64,000 nt of DNA from Candidatus Saccharimonadales bacterium (GTDB lineage: Bacteria; Patescibacteriota; Saccharimonadia; Saccharimonadales; 2-12-FULL-41-12): the NCBI GenBank assembly GCA_041906505.1, contig JAYRJB010000008.1, positions 136,053 through 200,052 of the forward strand. The letters are read 5' to 3'. Of this stretch, positions 19,153-30,379 are shown piece by piece. Below the pieces are notes generated by a model. That model made no database searches, was not told where the DNA came from, and was given only the letters and a program-made list of their open reading frames with translations. A program made the translations under genes and the position numbers. Position 1 is the first letter of the stretch. Each line of letters starts with the position of its first letter.

Positions 19153-22100
19153 ATGAGCTTTGATAAAGAGTTATTGCGCTTGAATAAGGGGCAAAGGTTT
19201 GCAGTCGACACCATCGATGGTCCGCTTTTGGTTGTTGCAGGTCCTGGTACAGGGAAAACACAATTACTAGCAATGCGTGTTGCGAACATCCTTCGCCGTA
19301 CCGACACCGACGCCAGCGGCATCTTGTGTCTGACATTTACCAACAAAGCGAGTACTAATATGCGCAGCCGAATCCTTGAACTCACAAATCAAACAGCAAG
19401 TGACGTGGTTGTGAAAACCTTCCATAGTTTTGCAAGCGAAATCATGAACACCTACCCAGATCATTTCTGGAGCGGCGCCAAGCTATCCCTGGCGCCGGAC
19501 GCACTGCAACTCGAGATTGTGCAGGAGATATTGGCTAGCCTGCCCTTGGACAATCCCTTGGCACTAAAGTTCATGGGAACGTATACGCTTACAGAGGATG
19601 TGCTAAGCGGCTTAAAGCTGACGAAAGAGGCCGGCCTCACCCCACAAAAGCTGGCCGCGATCATTGAGCACAACATTGCATATATTGATGAGATTGAACC
19701 GATCATTGTCGATGCACTGAGTAGTCGCCTCGCTTATAAAAAACTGGCTGATCTGCAACAGAAGATCAGTAGAGTTCCGGACCAGTCAGCAGACACGGCT
19801 CTGGCACCGTTAATCTCACTATCAACCGTGCTAAAAGAAAGCCTCCTTACAGCAGTCGAACAAGACGCAGCTCTAAAAACTACTTATCACTCGGGAAAAT
19901 GGAAAAAAAGATGGATCCAAACGGTGAATGGCACTCTCGGTATGCACCAAGAAAGAAAACGAAACCAATGGTGGCAAGCACTGGCTGAAGTGTACGATCA
20001 GTACCGCACCTCTCTCCACCAACGAGGCTATTATGACTATTCAGACATGGTGGTTGAGGTTATTTCTCAAATCGAAGCCCACCCAGAAATTCGAGCTGAT
20101 TTACAAGAACGATTTATCTACGTAATGATTGATGAGTTCCAAGACACTAATGCCGCCCAACTACGGCTCGCGCATCTCATTGCAGACCATCATTTGAGCA
20201 ACGGGAGTCCTAACCTAATGGCTGTTGGCGACGACGACCAATCAATATTCAAATTTAATGGAGCCGAACTCGGTAATATGTTGACGTTTCGACGCACCTA
20301 TCCAAAAACTAAAACCGTTGTTCTTGTAGAAAACTACCGGTCCACTCAAGAGATTTTGGATACAGCCCAAAAAATAATCAATAAGGCAGAAGACCGACTG
20401 ACAAAAAGAGACCCAAGCTTAAAGAAAATATTACTGGCGAAAGCAAAAGTTCCTAAGGGAAAAGTGCGCCTACTCGAGTTTCCGTCACGAGATCACCAGC
20501 TTTCATCTGTTGCAAAAGAGATAAAGAAAACTTTTGATGGCAAGAGTTCGGTAGCGGTAATTGCCCGGGGTCATGAAAGCCTTAGGGAGCTGGCATCAAG
20601 GCTACATATGCTCGCAGTACCTGTGCACTACGAGCAGCAAAGGAATGTGCTCGACCACCCGGTGGTCAATCAAGTGATCTGGATTTCTCGAGCTATTGAG
20701 GCGGTACGTGCTGGCGACAAAGCAGCTGTAAATATTGCCGTGTCTAATGTACTCCAACACCCAATGTGGAACATCAGCCCGAAAGAATTATGGGAAATTG
20801 CGGTTAAGAATTATCGACATGCAGACTGGCTAAAAAATCTCGAGACATCAGATAACTCCTCACACAAATGGATCGCGGATTGGCTAAAGGACATCAGTCG
20901 ACAAAGCGCAGACTCGCCGCTCAGCCTAGTATTAGAGTACGTACTGGGCCTAAGAGAACTCGAGACTGGAGTGAGTCCACTGAGAGACTACTACACAAAA
21001 AATACGCCAGATGCTCACGACTACCTATCGGGCTTATCGGCCATCTCGTATCTTAGGCACATGGCCAATGAATACAGCGGAACGCAGGCAACAACTCTTC
21101 AAGATTTTATTAATTTTGTAACGATCGAAAAGGAGAATAATAAAATCGTTACCGACCAGTCGGCATTTGTGACAGGCTCCACAGCCGTTTCGCTTTTGAC
21201 GGTACATAAAGCCAAAGGGCTTGAATTTGATAGTGTTTATCTAATTGACGCTATTGAAAAGAACTGGACACCACGCGCGGAGGGGAGGAAACCGCCAGCC
21301 AATCTACCGCTTCAACCTCCCGGCGATGAGATGGATGACTATGCCCGTCTCATGTTTGTCGCAGCCAGTCGCGCCAAGCGATTCCTTACTATTTGCTACT
21401 ACACGCACGACCAAGCTGGAAACGAGACTCTTCCCTCGAGTCTCATCGCATCAGTCTGTACTCCTACTGATATGACCGGGTCTGATACGGACATTATTAA
21501 TATTGTCGAAGACAGCATACGCTGGCCTAGCCTTAGTTCGGCGGACATGAAACTCGCTCTTCGGTCTCGACTTGAAAATTACAGTTTAAGCGTAACGCAT
21601 TTACTAAACTTTCTTGATGTGAGCAAGGGTGGCCCGCACTACTTTAACGAACGCAATTTGCTTCGGCTACCAGAGCCAAAAACCGCAACCCTCGCTCACG
21701 GAACCGCTATGCATGATGCTCTGGAGCTGGCACAAAAACTTGTGAATCAAGACAGTTTTGATCTTACAAAAGTGATTAATCAGTATATCGAATCAATACA
21801 CAGACAACACCTCCCGGCAAAGGAGACTACCAGATACATCAAAGCTGGTGAGCTTCGCTTGCGTGAGCTTTTTGAGTCAAAATTGATCACGCTGAAAAAG
21901 GGTATAATCCCTGAGCAAAAGTTGCGCGATGTCTGGGTCGGTGAGGCAAAACTGAATGGCAAAATTGACCTACTAAGTATTAGTGACGAAAAAATAGTGG
22001 TTTCGGACTATAAAACCGGTCGGCCGCTTTCAAACTTCGAAACCAAGGATGCTACCCAGCAAATTAGAGCCTGGAAACAAAGAACGCAGCTGATTTACTA

Positions 22101-22362
22101 CGCCTTGTTGATAAAGCAAAGTCCACAATACCGTAAATATCGTCACCTGCCAGTTGTTGGTCAGATGATCTACCTTGATGCTGAAACCAAGCACGCAATG
22201 TACAAGCAATACCAACCAACCGATACAGAAATAGATCACCTCGAGGTGTTAATTCAAAAGATTTGGCGTGCAATTATGTCTTACAAGCTTCCCAGTGTGC
22301 AGAAATACAGTAAAGATTACCAGGGAATAGTCGCGTTTCAAGAAGACTTATTGAAAAACTAG
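19153..22362 (+). CDS. UvrD/PcrA/AddA-type SF1 DNA helicase fused to a C-terminal PD-(D/E)XK (RecB-like) nuclease domain
   Basis: Walker A AGPGTGKT, DEFQDTN, VHKAKGLEFD. C-terminal GKIDLL...VVSDYKTG...QLIYY nuclease motifs. Confidence 0.85.
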   Translation: MSFDKELLRLNKGQRFAVDTIDGPLLVVAGPGTGKTQLLAMRVANILRRTDTDASGILCLTFTNKASTNMRSRILELTNQTASDVVVKTFHSFASEIMNTYPDHFWSGAKLSLAPDALQLEIVQEILASLPLDNPLALKFMGTYTLTEDVLSGLKLTKEAGLTPQKLAAIIEHNIAYIDEIEPIIVDALSSRLAYKKLADLQQKISRVPDQSADTALAPLISLSTVLKESLLTAVEQDAALKTTYHSGKWKKRWIQTVNGTLGMHQERKRNQWWQALAEVYDQYRTSLHQRGYYDYSDMVVEVISQIEAHPEIRADLQERFIYVMIDEFQDTNAAQLRLAHLIADHHLSNGSPNLMAVGDDDQSIFKFNGAELGNMLTFRRTYPKTKTVVLVENYRSTQEILDTAQKIINKAEDRLTKRDPSLKKILLAKAKVPKGKVRLLEFPSRDHQLSSVAKEIKKTFDGKSSVAVIARGHESLRELASRLHMLAVPVHYEQQRNVLDHPVVNQVIWISRAIEAVRAGDKAAVNIAVSNVLQHPMWNISPKELWEIAVKNYRHADWLKNLETSDNSSHKWIADWLKDISRQSADSPLSLVLEYVLGLRELETGVSPLRDYYTKNTPDAHDYLSGLSAISYLRHMANEYSGTQATTLQDFINFVTIEKENNKIVTDQSAFVTGSTAVSLLTVHKAKGLEFDSVYLIDAIEKNWTPRAEGRKPPANLPLQPPGDEMDDYARLMFVAASRAKRFLTICYYTHDQAGNETLPSSLIASVCTPTDMTGSDTDIINIVEDSIRWPSLSSADMKLALRSRLENYSLSVTHLLNFLDVSKGGPHYFNERNLLRLPEPKTATLAHGTAMHDALELAQKLVNQDSFDLTKVINQYIESIHRQHLPAKETTRYIKAGELRLRELFESKLITLKKGIIPEQKLRDVWVGEAKLNGKIDLLSISDEKIVVSDYKTGRPLSNFETKDATQQIRAWKQRTQLIYYALLIKQSPQYRKYRHLPVVGQMIYLDAETKHAMYKQYQPTDTEIDHLEVLIQKIWRAIMSYKLPSVQKYSKDYQGIVAFQEDLLKN

Positions 22363-22365
22363 CAA

Positions 22366-22992
22366 CTATTTTTTCTTTGAGATACCAGAGGTGAGATAGT
22401 CATAGGTAAACATACCTACTATCACACCGACAACTGGACCCACAATATACGCAAAAGTAAATGACTTCAATCCAAGAGCGACTGCGGGGTTCAATATGCC
22501 GCTCGAGCCCGCAGATGCAACCAACAGCCCAAGCAACAACGACAGTCCGATAACCGAACCAAGCGCAACTTGGCTTAGTTTTTGTCGAACCGCAGCCATA
22601 ACCCCCAGACCAAACACGAACGCTCCCGCAGCCTCAGCCATTAACGTCCTCCAATCAAAGTCATCGTACGAAGATGCAATCACTCTGTCGCTGAGGTACT
22701 GATAAAGACCAAGCGCCAGAAATGCTCCAAGCAATTGTGCAGCGATATACAGAATCGCATCCGTAACTTCGATCATTTTCTTACTTAAAAACCCGAGCGT
22801 AATTGCTGGATTCACATGTGCGCCGGATATTTTTCCGACGACCACCGTCATTAATCCAACGCTTAGCCCTGCGCCCAATGCGACAAAAAACGGAAACGTT
22901 GTTCTCGCAAGCACGCTAAGCACCACCGCCGTTAATGTCGCTGTACCCAAGAACTCTGCAACTGCCTTTTGCGTTGTTATCTTGTCTAACAT
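22366..22992 (-). CDS. MIP family channel (aquaporin/glycerol facilitator-like)
   Basis: Two NPA boxes (HVNPAITLG and ILNPAVALG) and six hydrophobic helices. Confidence 0.9.
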   Translation of the reverse strand: MLDKITTQKAVAEFLGTATLTAVVLSVLARTTFPFFVALGAGLSVGLMTVVVGKISGAHVNPAITLGFLSKKMIEVTDAILYIAAQLLGAFLALGLYQYLSDRVIASSYDDFDWRTLMAEAAGAFVFGLGVMAAVRQKLSQVALGSVIGLSLLLGLLVASAGSSGILNPAVALGLKSFTFAYIVGPVVGVIVGMFTYDYLTSGISKKK

Positions 22993-23072
22993 AGTAAAAA
23001 CACCTCCTTTTTGTCACTGCCTAGCCATAGGGTAACAATCCTAACTAAAAACCACAACTTGAGCTTTGTTGG

Positions 23073-24140
23073 CTACGCTGGCTTTCGTAGTAGAACTTTT
23101 GGCGTGCCGTCAGTAAGCCCCATTAGGGTAGCGGCGTCAAGTGCAGTTTTTGCGTGCGAGAAGTGCGAGCGCATACGCGGATCATCTGAAACCTCTTCTG
23201 CAAGCAATTTGGTTGCCCATATATCGACACTGAACGCCTGTAGCTTGTCACCAGTCGCATAAACCAGTAAATCCCTATGCAGGGTTGTGCCCGATACATA
23301 ATTTAATAGAGCAACAAGTTCTCGATGCTCGTTTCCAAGAGTCTCAATGGCACCAGGATTATCGCCCTTCACAACTTCAAGTGCTTTGTGTCTGTTTCCC
23401 GTATAGGCACCCTTTGTTTCGTTTAGAACTCGAGCGTTCTGTATCACTTCCTGCATCACATCTTCGGAGTAGTCGTCTTGCAGTATGGCTTTTGTCAGTT
23501 CAATGACACCTTGCACATACGGCTCTTTAAATCGCTCAAGCTGCATATCTAAACTATCGATTGCCCCACAGCCAGTTTTGTTATTTTCAAGCCGAGCATT
23601 TTTGTAGTCAGTGTGTGCTCCAGGTCCAAACCCAGCCGAAATAGACAGCTGATTTGCTCGACGCACATCATGCAATATCGTCGTGCCTTCCTCTTTGAGT
23701 TCTTGAATTCCGCCGAGCGCTAGTCGCAAGGCTGCGGCAACACCAGGAGTTCCACCTGCAAGTTGTGGCCCCAAAGGCCGAAAGAGCATTTCAATTTCAT
23801 CATCCGATCCAACCAACGCCCTCCCGTCAACACAGCGAATGGGTGCCCCTAGCGTCGTATTTACGTAAAGACCCGGCAAAGTATTTAGCTTAAAATCTCG
23901 AAGCTCTGCACTAGAGAACTCACCACTCTGCACTCTTTTGTCGCGGGAAATATTTCCCATCCAAATTGCATGTGGTGCTAGAGCCGAAAGTGGTGCAACT
24001 ATAGAAACCACTCCTTGCTCTCTCGATTTTTCCTGCAGCTCACGAATAGCGACCTCAACATAGCTCTCATCAATCTCTTGGGGGATAAGAGTGTCCTGTT
24101 GAGTGGTATTACTTGGCATAGGGTATTTTTCTCCGTACAT
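23073..24140 (-). CDS. conserved-looking hypothetical protein with C-x-D-x-R ... H ... C-G-A motif set
   Basis: 355-aa soluble ORF. Contains RCVDGR (C103/D105/R107), GAHTD (H176) and GCGAID (C191). No family recognised with confidence. Confidence 0.5.
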   Translation of the reverse strand: MYGEKYPMPSNTTQQDTLIPQEIDESYVEVAIRELQEKSREQGVVSIVAPLSALAPHAIWMGNISRDKRVQSGEFSSAELRDFKLNTLPGLYVNTTLGAPIRCVDGRALVGSDDEIEMLFRPLGPQLAGGTPGVAAALRLALGGIQELKEEGTTILHDVRRANQLSISAGFGPGAHTDYKNARLENNKTGCGAIDSLDMQLERFKEPYVQGVIELTKAILQDDYSEDVMQEVIQNARVLNETKGAYTGNRHKALEVVKGDNPGAIETLGNEHRELVALLNYVSGTTLHRDLLVYATGDKLQAFSVDIWATKLLAEEVSDDPRMRSHFSHAKTALDAATLMGLTDGTPKVLLRKPA

Positions 24141-24338
24141 TGAAACCGGCTGTTTACAACTTTACTGTCGCTCTCAAAGCCATCAAATTAACTTTGTTTT
24201 TTCGCGAAATTGTGTGTCTAAAAATTAATCAACAAAGAAGCACTATACACCTCTCGTCGACGGTTTGCAATACCCTCCGGCATGGAGAGTGATTTTTACT
24301 TTTAGGTGATCTAGGTTGCACTATTCTGCAACAAATTA

Positions 24339-24770
24339 CTAATATCGATTCTTCTTGCTTCGCTTCTTGATGGTGGCAAGCTTGAGGCGGACTGCTTGGC
24401 GATCCATAACAGCTTGGGCTTCAGAAAGGGAAACCGCGTCTTTGGCGTTATCAATAAGCTTTCGAGCTCTGTCATATGCAGCTTGAGCTTCCATTTCGCT
24501 CACATCGCCTGGCTGATCAACGTCGTCTACCAAAACATGAACAGTATTGTCCAGCACTTCAACAGTACCCTCATAGACACCGTACTCTGCACGATTATCA
24601 TCCTTGTCGCCTCTATTTTGTCGGACACTCATAATCCCTGGAGCGACAGACCCGAGCAGGGGAGCATGCCCGTCATTAATTGCTATATCGCCAGCAATTG
24701 TTGGCACAATAACTTCGTACACGTCTTGGTTTACAAGCTGACCAGATAGGGTAATAAAATTGAGGTGCAT
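24339..24770 (-). CDS. atpC: F0F1 ATP synthase subunit epsilon
   Basis: Last gene of the atp operon. N-terminal beta-sandwich pattern (VPTIAGDIAINDGHAPLL) and a C-terminal helical hairpin. Confidence 0.85.
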   Translation of the reverse strand: MHLNFITLSGQLVNQDVYEVIVPTIAGDIAINDGHAPLLGSVAPGIMSVRQNRGDKDDNRAEYGVYEGTVEVLDNTVHVLVDDVDQPGDVSEMEAQAAYDRARKLIDNAKDAVSLSEAQAVMDRQAVRLKLATIKKRSKKNRY

Positions 24771-24776
24771 AAAAGC

Positions 24777-26177
<1,401 letters not shown>

Positions 26178-26197
26178 TTATTTTCCAGATAAATTAT

Positions 26198-26665
26198 TCA
26201 AGCTGCAAGTGCGTGTGCCCTCATGTACACAAGTGGCTCATCAACACGAAATAGCTCCCGCGAACTAAGTCCATACACGTCTTGCATGCTCATGGCTCCA
26301 AGGTCACGAAAAAGATTTTCTTCCGAAGCATCTCGAAAATGGTATGATTCGGCGTCTCTTGGCATGATCACGCTTCGGTAAGCCTCTTTGCGGTCTTGTC
26401 TCAGCCCTAAAACAGTTTGGGCAATTTGCACTGTCTGCCTGGCAACATGCTTGGCCGTCGGCTTTTGCGGTCTGTCGACAAGCAAAATTGCGGGGTTATC
26501 CAATGCTTCGAGCCGTGCACGGTACTCGTTTTCGTTATTGCTAAAATGTACAATGCTTATTCTCGATGGGCCACTTGAGTAGCTGCTTAGTGCAACAAAG
26601 GCCTGTACAGCAAACTCAAAGCTACTTTCGGTGGGAGCAATGGTTAGGTTTTCGTGCTGTATCAT
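26198..26665 (-). CDS. hypothetical 155-aa soluble protein encoded inside the atp operon (between atpG and atpD)
   Basis: Its ATG overlaps the atpG stop codon (ATGA, 26662-26665) and it ends 35 nt before atpD. No TM and no recognisable motif. Confidence 0.6.
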   Translation of the reverse strand: MIQHENLTIAPTESSFEFAVQAFVALSSYSSGPSRISIVHFSNNENEYRARLEALDNPAILLVDRPQKPTAKHVARQTVQIAQTVLGLRQDRKEAYRSVIMPRDAESYHFRDASEENLFRDLGAMSMQDVYGLSSRELFRVDEPLVYMRAHALAA

Positions 26666-27531
26666 GACTTTACCGCCTCCGCACCACCGACAATTTCAGC
26701 AATTTCTTGCGTGATGGCCGCTTGGCGGGCCGTATTGAATTCGAGCGTTAAGTCGTCAATAATATCGCCGGCATTGTCGGTCGCATTCTTCATGGCCAGC
26801 ATTCGCATAGAGTGCTCACTCGCAAGACTTTCCAGTATAGCTTGCCAAATCTGCACCTCGATAAGCCGAGAGACTGTACTCTCAACAATATCCTCAATTG
26901 ATGGCTCGAAGATCGCCACCTCAAGTTTTGACACTTCATTTTCGCCATCCAGTTTGGTTGGAAGAATGTCAGTTTTTTGGACTTGTTGAGTCAAATTTGA
27001 TACAAAACTTGTATAGATGATAGATACCGAGTCAACTTTCTTATCAACGTAGTATTCGAGAATGCTCCTCACAATTGGCCGAACCTCCGAACCATGTGGC
27101 TGCCCAGAAAACATAGAATAGGCTGAAAGTAGCTCCACTCCGTCAATCCGGGCGACAAACTGAGAACCAATACGGCCAATCGTAATTATTTTTGTTTGGA
27201 CTTTATTGTCCTGGTTTTGCTGCACCACACGAAGTAGCTCCTTGATAACGTTGCTGTTATAGGCTCCCGCCAAACCTCTATCGCTTGTGACAACAACAAT
27301 AAGGTGGCTCTTTATTGGTCGAGCATTAAATAATGGATGCACCGACACATCGCTCACCCCGCCCAGTCTTTTAAGAATATTGTGCGCCGCTTCCCGATAG
27401 GCCCGAGAAGAAAGGGCTTGCTCTTGCGCACGACGCATTTTACTTGCAGCAACTAGCTCCATGGCCTTGGTTATTTGCCTGGTATTTTTGACGCTATGTA
27501 TTCGTCGCTTAAGAACTGTTGTATTCGCCAT
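26662..27531 (-). CDS. atpG: F0F1 ATP synthase subunit gamma
   Basis: IKNTRQITKAMELVAASKMRRAQ N-terminus and C-terminal ARQAAITQEIAEIVGGA. Confidence 0.95.
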   Translation of the reverse strand: MANTTVLKRRIHSVKNTRQITKAMELVAASKMRRAQEQALSSRAYREAAHNILKRLGGVSDVSVHPLFNARPIKSHLIVVVTSDRGLAGAYNSNVIKELLRVVQQNQDNKVQTKIITIGRIGSQFVARIDGVELLSAYSMFSGQPHGSEVRPIVRSILEYYVDKKVDSVSIIYTSFVSNLTQQVQKTDILPTKLDGENEVSKLEVAIFEPSIEDIVESTVSRLIEVQIWQAILESLASEHSMRMLAMKNATDNAGDIIDDLTLEFNTARQAAITQEIAEIVGGAEAVKS

Positions 27532-27541
27532 TAGTGTCTAC

Positions 27542-29074
27542 TTACTTCACCTCATACTCTTTTGCTATTTTCTTGCCGACGCCCAAAATTGTTTGCTTTG
27601 TTTCTTCACTCGGCTTATCTCCTTCGTTCAGTACGTCAATCAGCTTCTTATGACTTCTTCGAAGCTCAGTAAACAATGCCTCGCCAGCGTGACGCACCTC
27701 TTGTATTGGCACTGTGTCAAAAACTCCCTCAGTCGCGACCAGCAGCAGGGAAGTTTGCTCCCAAATTGAAAGCGGGGAATATTGCGGCTGTTTTAGCAGC
27801 TCGGTAAGTCGTTGACCTCTTTCTATTCGATGTCTGGTGTCTGCATCAAGATCGGTCGAAAATTGCGCAAAGGCAGCGAGTTCTCGGAACTGAGCCAGAT
27901 TTATTCGAAGCGAACCAGCCACGCTCTTTACAGCCTTTGTTTGCGCCGATCCGCCAACCCGAGAAACACTTGTACCCACCGCAATAGCGGGGCGAATTCC
28001 TTGATAGAACAAATCCGTTTCTAAGAAAATCTGTCCATCGGTGATCGAAATAACGTTTGTAGGAATGTACGCACTAATGTCGCCAGCTTGGGTTTCGATA
28101 ATGGGCAAGGCAGTGAGGCTGCCGGCTCCAAGCCGGTCAGATAATTTTGCAGCCCTCTCAAGCAAGCGGGAGTGAAGATAAAACACATCACCAGGAAAAG
28201 CCTCACGACCTGGCGGGCGCCGCAGCAACAAACTCATCTGTCTATACGCGTTCGCGTGCTTCGATAGATCGTCGTGAATTATTAAGGCGTGTTGTTTATT
28301 GTCTCGAAAGTATTCACCCATCGCAGTCCCGGCGTAAGGTGCAAGATATTGCAAAGAGGCGGGATCGGCTGCCGAGGTGGCAATGACGATAGTCTGCTCC
28401 ATTACACCCTCGCGGCGAAGACGTTCAACCAGACGCGCAACCTTACTCGCTTTCTGGCCGACAGCAACGTAAATATTGATGACCCCAGTTTTTTGGCGGT
28501 GCTGATTAATCATAGTGTCCAGAGCCACGGCGGTCTTACCAGTTTGTCGATCACCAATAATGAGCTCACGCTGTCCACGCCCAATGGGAACCATGGTGTC
28601 AATTGCGGCGATACCGGTCATGAGCGGCTCATGAACGCTTTTTCTATCAAGCACACCGGGAGCAGTCTGTTCAATAGCGCCTGTGTTCTTTGCTTTAATT
28701 GGCCCTTTGTCGTCAAGGGGATTTCCGAGTGGATCAACAACTCTGCCAAGCAACTCAGTCCCAACAGGCACTTCCAAACTTCTGCCAGTGAGTTTTACTT
28801 TCGCTCCAGCCCGAACGGGCACATCATTACCAAGCAAAACTGCGCCAATTTCGTTTTCGCTCAGATTAAGTGCGAACGCAGCAATGGTCTGTCCCTCGGT
28901 CCCTTCGATCTCAAGAACTTCGTTAAAGCCACACTCTCTGAGTCCATAAATCCACGCAACTCCATCGCCAACTCGAGTAACAACCCCCACATTGCTTATC
29001 TCGGGCTGATCTTTTAGCTCTTGGATCGCTTTACGAATGTCCTCGGATAGTACTTTGATGCTAACTTCGCTCAT
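27542..29074 (-). CDS. atpA: F0F1 ATP synthase subunit alpha
   Basis: Walker A GDRQTGKT and typical alpha-subunit blocks ([33 protein letters not shown]). Confidence 0.97.
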   Translation of the reverse strand: MSEVSIKVLSEDIRKAIQELKDQPEISNVGVVTRVGDGVAWIYGLRECGFNEVLEIEGTEGQTIAAFALNLSENEIGAVLLGNDVPVRAGAKVKLTGRSLEVPVGTELLGRVVDPLGNPLDDKGPIKAKNTGAIEQTAPGVLDRKSVHEPLMTGIAAIDTMVPIGRGQRELIIGDRQTGKTAVALDTMINQHRQKTGVINIYVAVGQKASKVARLVERLRREGVMEQTIVIATSAADPASLQYLAPYAGTAMGEYFRDNKQHALIIHDDLSKHANAYRQMSLLLRRPPGREAFPGDVFYLHSRLLERAAKLSDRLGAGSLTALPIIETQAGDISAYIPTNVISITDGQIFLETDLFYQGIRPAIAVGTSVSRVGGSAQTKAVKSVAGSLRINLAQFRELAAFAQFSTDLDADTRHRIERGQRLTELLKQPQYSPLSIWEQTSLLLVATEGVFDTVPIQEVRHAGEALFTELRRSHKKLIDVLNEGDKPSEETKQTILGVGKKIAKEYEVK

Positions 29075-29100
29075 GAATCTCCTTTTGTATCCTTGCTCTT

Positions 29101-29511
29101 TTAGGTAATTGCTTCTTTTAGCTGATTTAACTTGGTCTTAATTGTCAGATCGAGGTTTGCGTTCGCCAACGACAAGGTCGCACCACCAATCACACTCGCG
29201 TCAATCACTTCGTGAATAATAACTTTGCGTGCATTCGGGTACTGCTTTTTAGCAACCAGTTTGATGTGTGCCTTTTCGTCTGCAGTAAGAGGGAATGCAC
29301 TTTTTGCCGTAAGCTCCACTATACCTTCTTGTGCCCGCAATTCCATAACATCTCTGAGCAGGGAATCAAGGTTTGCGGTCTTTCCTTCGTCAATTAAGTA
29401 GGCCGCCACACCAATTGCGAGATCCTGCTCATCGAATTTCTCAGCCAATTGATTGGCAATATGTCGCGCGGTTGCAGTTTGTGAGTACTTATCATTCACA
29501 ACAGCGATCAC
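29101..29511 (-). CDS. atpH: F0F1 ATP synthase subunit delta (OSCP), unusually short (136 aa)
   Basis: C-terminal OSCP signature [29 protein letters not shown]. Operon position is between atpF and atpA, with a 4-nt overlap with atpF. Confidence 0.8.
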   Translation of the reverse strand: MIAVVNDKYSQTATARHIANQLAEKFDEQDLAIGVAAYLIDEGKTANLDSLLRDVMELRAQEGIVELTAKSAFPLTADEKAHIKLVAKKQYPNARKVIIHEVIDASVIGGATLSLANANLDLTIKTKLNQLKEAIT

Positions 29512-30047
29512 ACCTGTCCCTTGAGTGCACTCTCTAGTAGTTTTGCATCCTTTTTCGCGTCAAGCTTCTCGCCGGCAACCACTTCGGTTGCCTCAATTAC
29601 AAGATCAACAACCTCGGCCTCGAGTTTGCGTCTGGCACGAGCGGACTCTTCTGTGATGCGCTTTTTCGCATCTTTCATCATGCCATCAACCTTGGCTTGT
29701 GCCCTATCCTCAGCCTCTTTAATGATCACGCCTGCTCGTTCGTGGGTTAACGCAAGTACTTCGTCGGCCTCTTTTCTGGCATTTTTTCGTGCTTCTGTCA
29801 CTTCTTGCTCCAGCTTATCGCGCTCGGCTTGCATTTGCGTGGTAAGCCTTAGGCCCTCATCGATGGCATCTCGCCGCGCTTCAAGCATCGTTACAATCCT
29901 ACGAAACACGAACTTGTAAAGAATATAAAACACAAACAAAAACGTTATGAGCTGAATTATGAACGCCCCGGGGTCAAACCCAAGAGCAGCAAAACCCTCC
30001 TTGTCAGCAGTCTCGCTCGCAAATTGTCCAATAAATGTATGTATCAT
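29508..30047 (-). CDS. atpF: F0F1 ATP synthase subunit b
   Basis: Single N-terminal TM followed by a long charged coiled coil. Operon position fits. Confidence 0.85.
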   Translation of the reverse strand: MIHTFIGQFASETADKEGFAALGFDPGAFIIQLITFLFVFYILYKFVFRRIVTMLEARRDAIDEGLRLTTQMQAERDKLEQEVTEARKNARKEADEVLALTHERAGVIIKEAEDRAQAKVDGMMKDAKKRITEESARARRKLEAEVVDLVIEATEVVAGEKLDAKKDAKLLESALKGQV

Positions 30048-30103
30048 TGTCTCTTTTTCAAACTAATTCTTCAAAAATGTTCGTCTAATCCTTATTAAAC
30101 AAC

Positions 30104-30334
30104 TTACTTAACAATAAAGAATGCGCCAATCGCAACAATTCCAAAGAACTCAGCCATACCAACAAATATGAACAGGGTGCTCAAAAATTTTGCTGACTCT
30201 GGATTTCGGCTTACGGCACTCATGTATGCCGATCCCATTAAACCAAGGGCGATTGCCGGTCCAAGACCACCAAATCCAATGATGATGCCTTTTGCAATCA
30301 CTGCCGTATTAACTGCTTCTGCTAGTAGTTCCAT
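30104..30334 (-). CDS. atpE: F0F1 ATP synthase subunit c
   Basis: 76-aa two-helix hairpin with a Gly-rich helix 1 (GFGGLGPAIALG), polar loop SRNPE and carboxylate in GMAEFFG. Confidence 0.9.
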   Translation of the reverse strand: MELLAEAVNTAVIAKGIIIGFGGLGPAIALGLMGSAYMSAVSRNPESAKFLSTLFIFVGMAEFFGIVAIGAFFIVK

Positions 30335-30379
30335 AGTACTCCTTTTTAGTTGTTAGAACTTCTTAATTACCATTATAGC

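Noticed and set aside
24270-24300. Small hairpin CTCC-GGCAT-GGAG downstream of atpC.
   Set aside because: The stem is only 4 bp, and the T-run is on the wrong strand for terminating the minus-strand atp operon. Not convincing as a terminator.
28289-29017. 242-aa plus-strand ORF, with several others, inside the atpA region.
   Set aside because: It is entirely antisense to the highly conserved atpA coding sequence. It has low-complexity composition and no motifs, so it is a shadow ORF.
30104-30334. Checked whether the c-subunit carries the Na+-binding signature (Q...ES/T), which would indicate a sodium-translocating ATPase.
   Set aside because: The carboxylate context is GMAEFFG, with no Ser/Thr after the Glu and no upstream Gln at the expected position. 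This is consistent with an ordinary H+-type c-ring.
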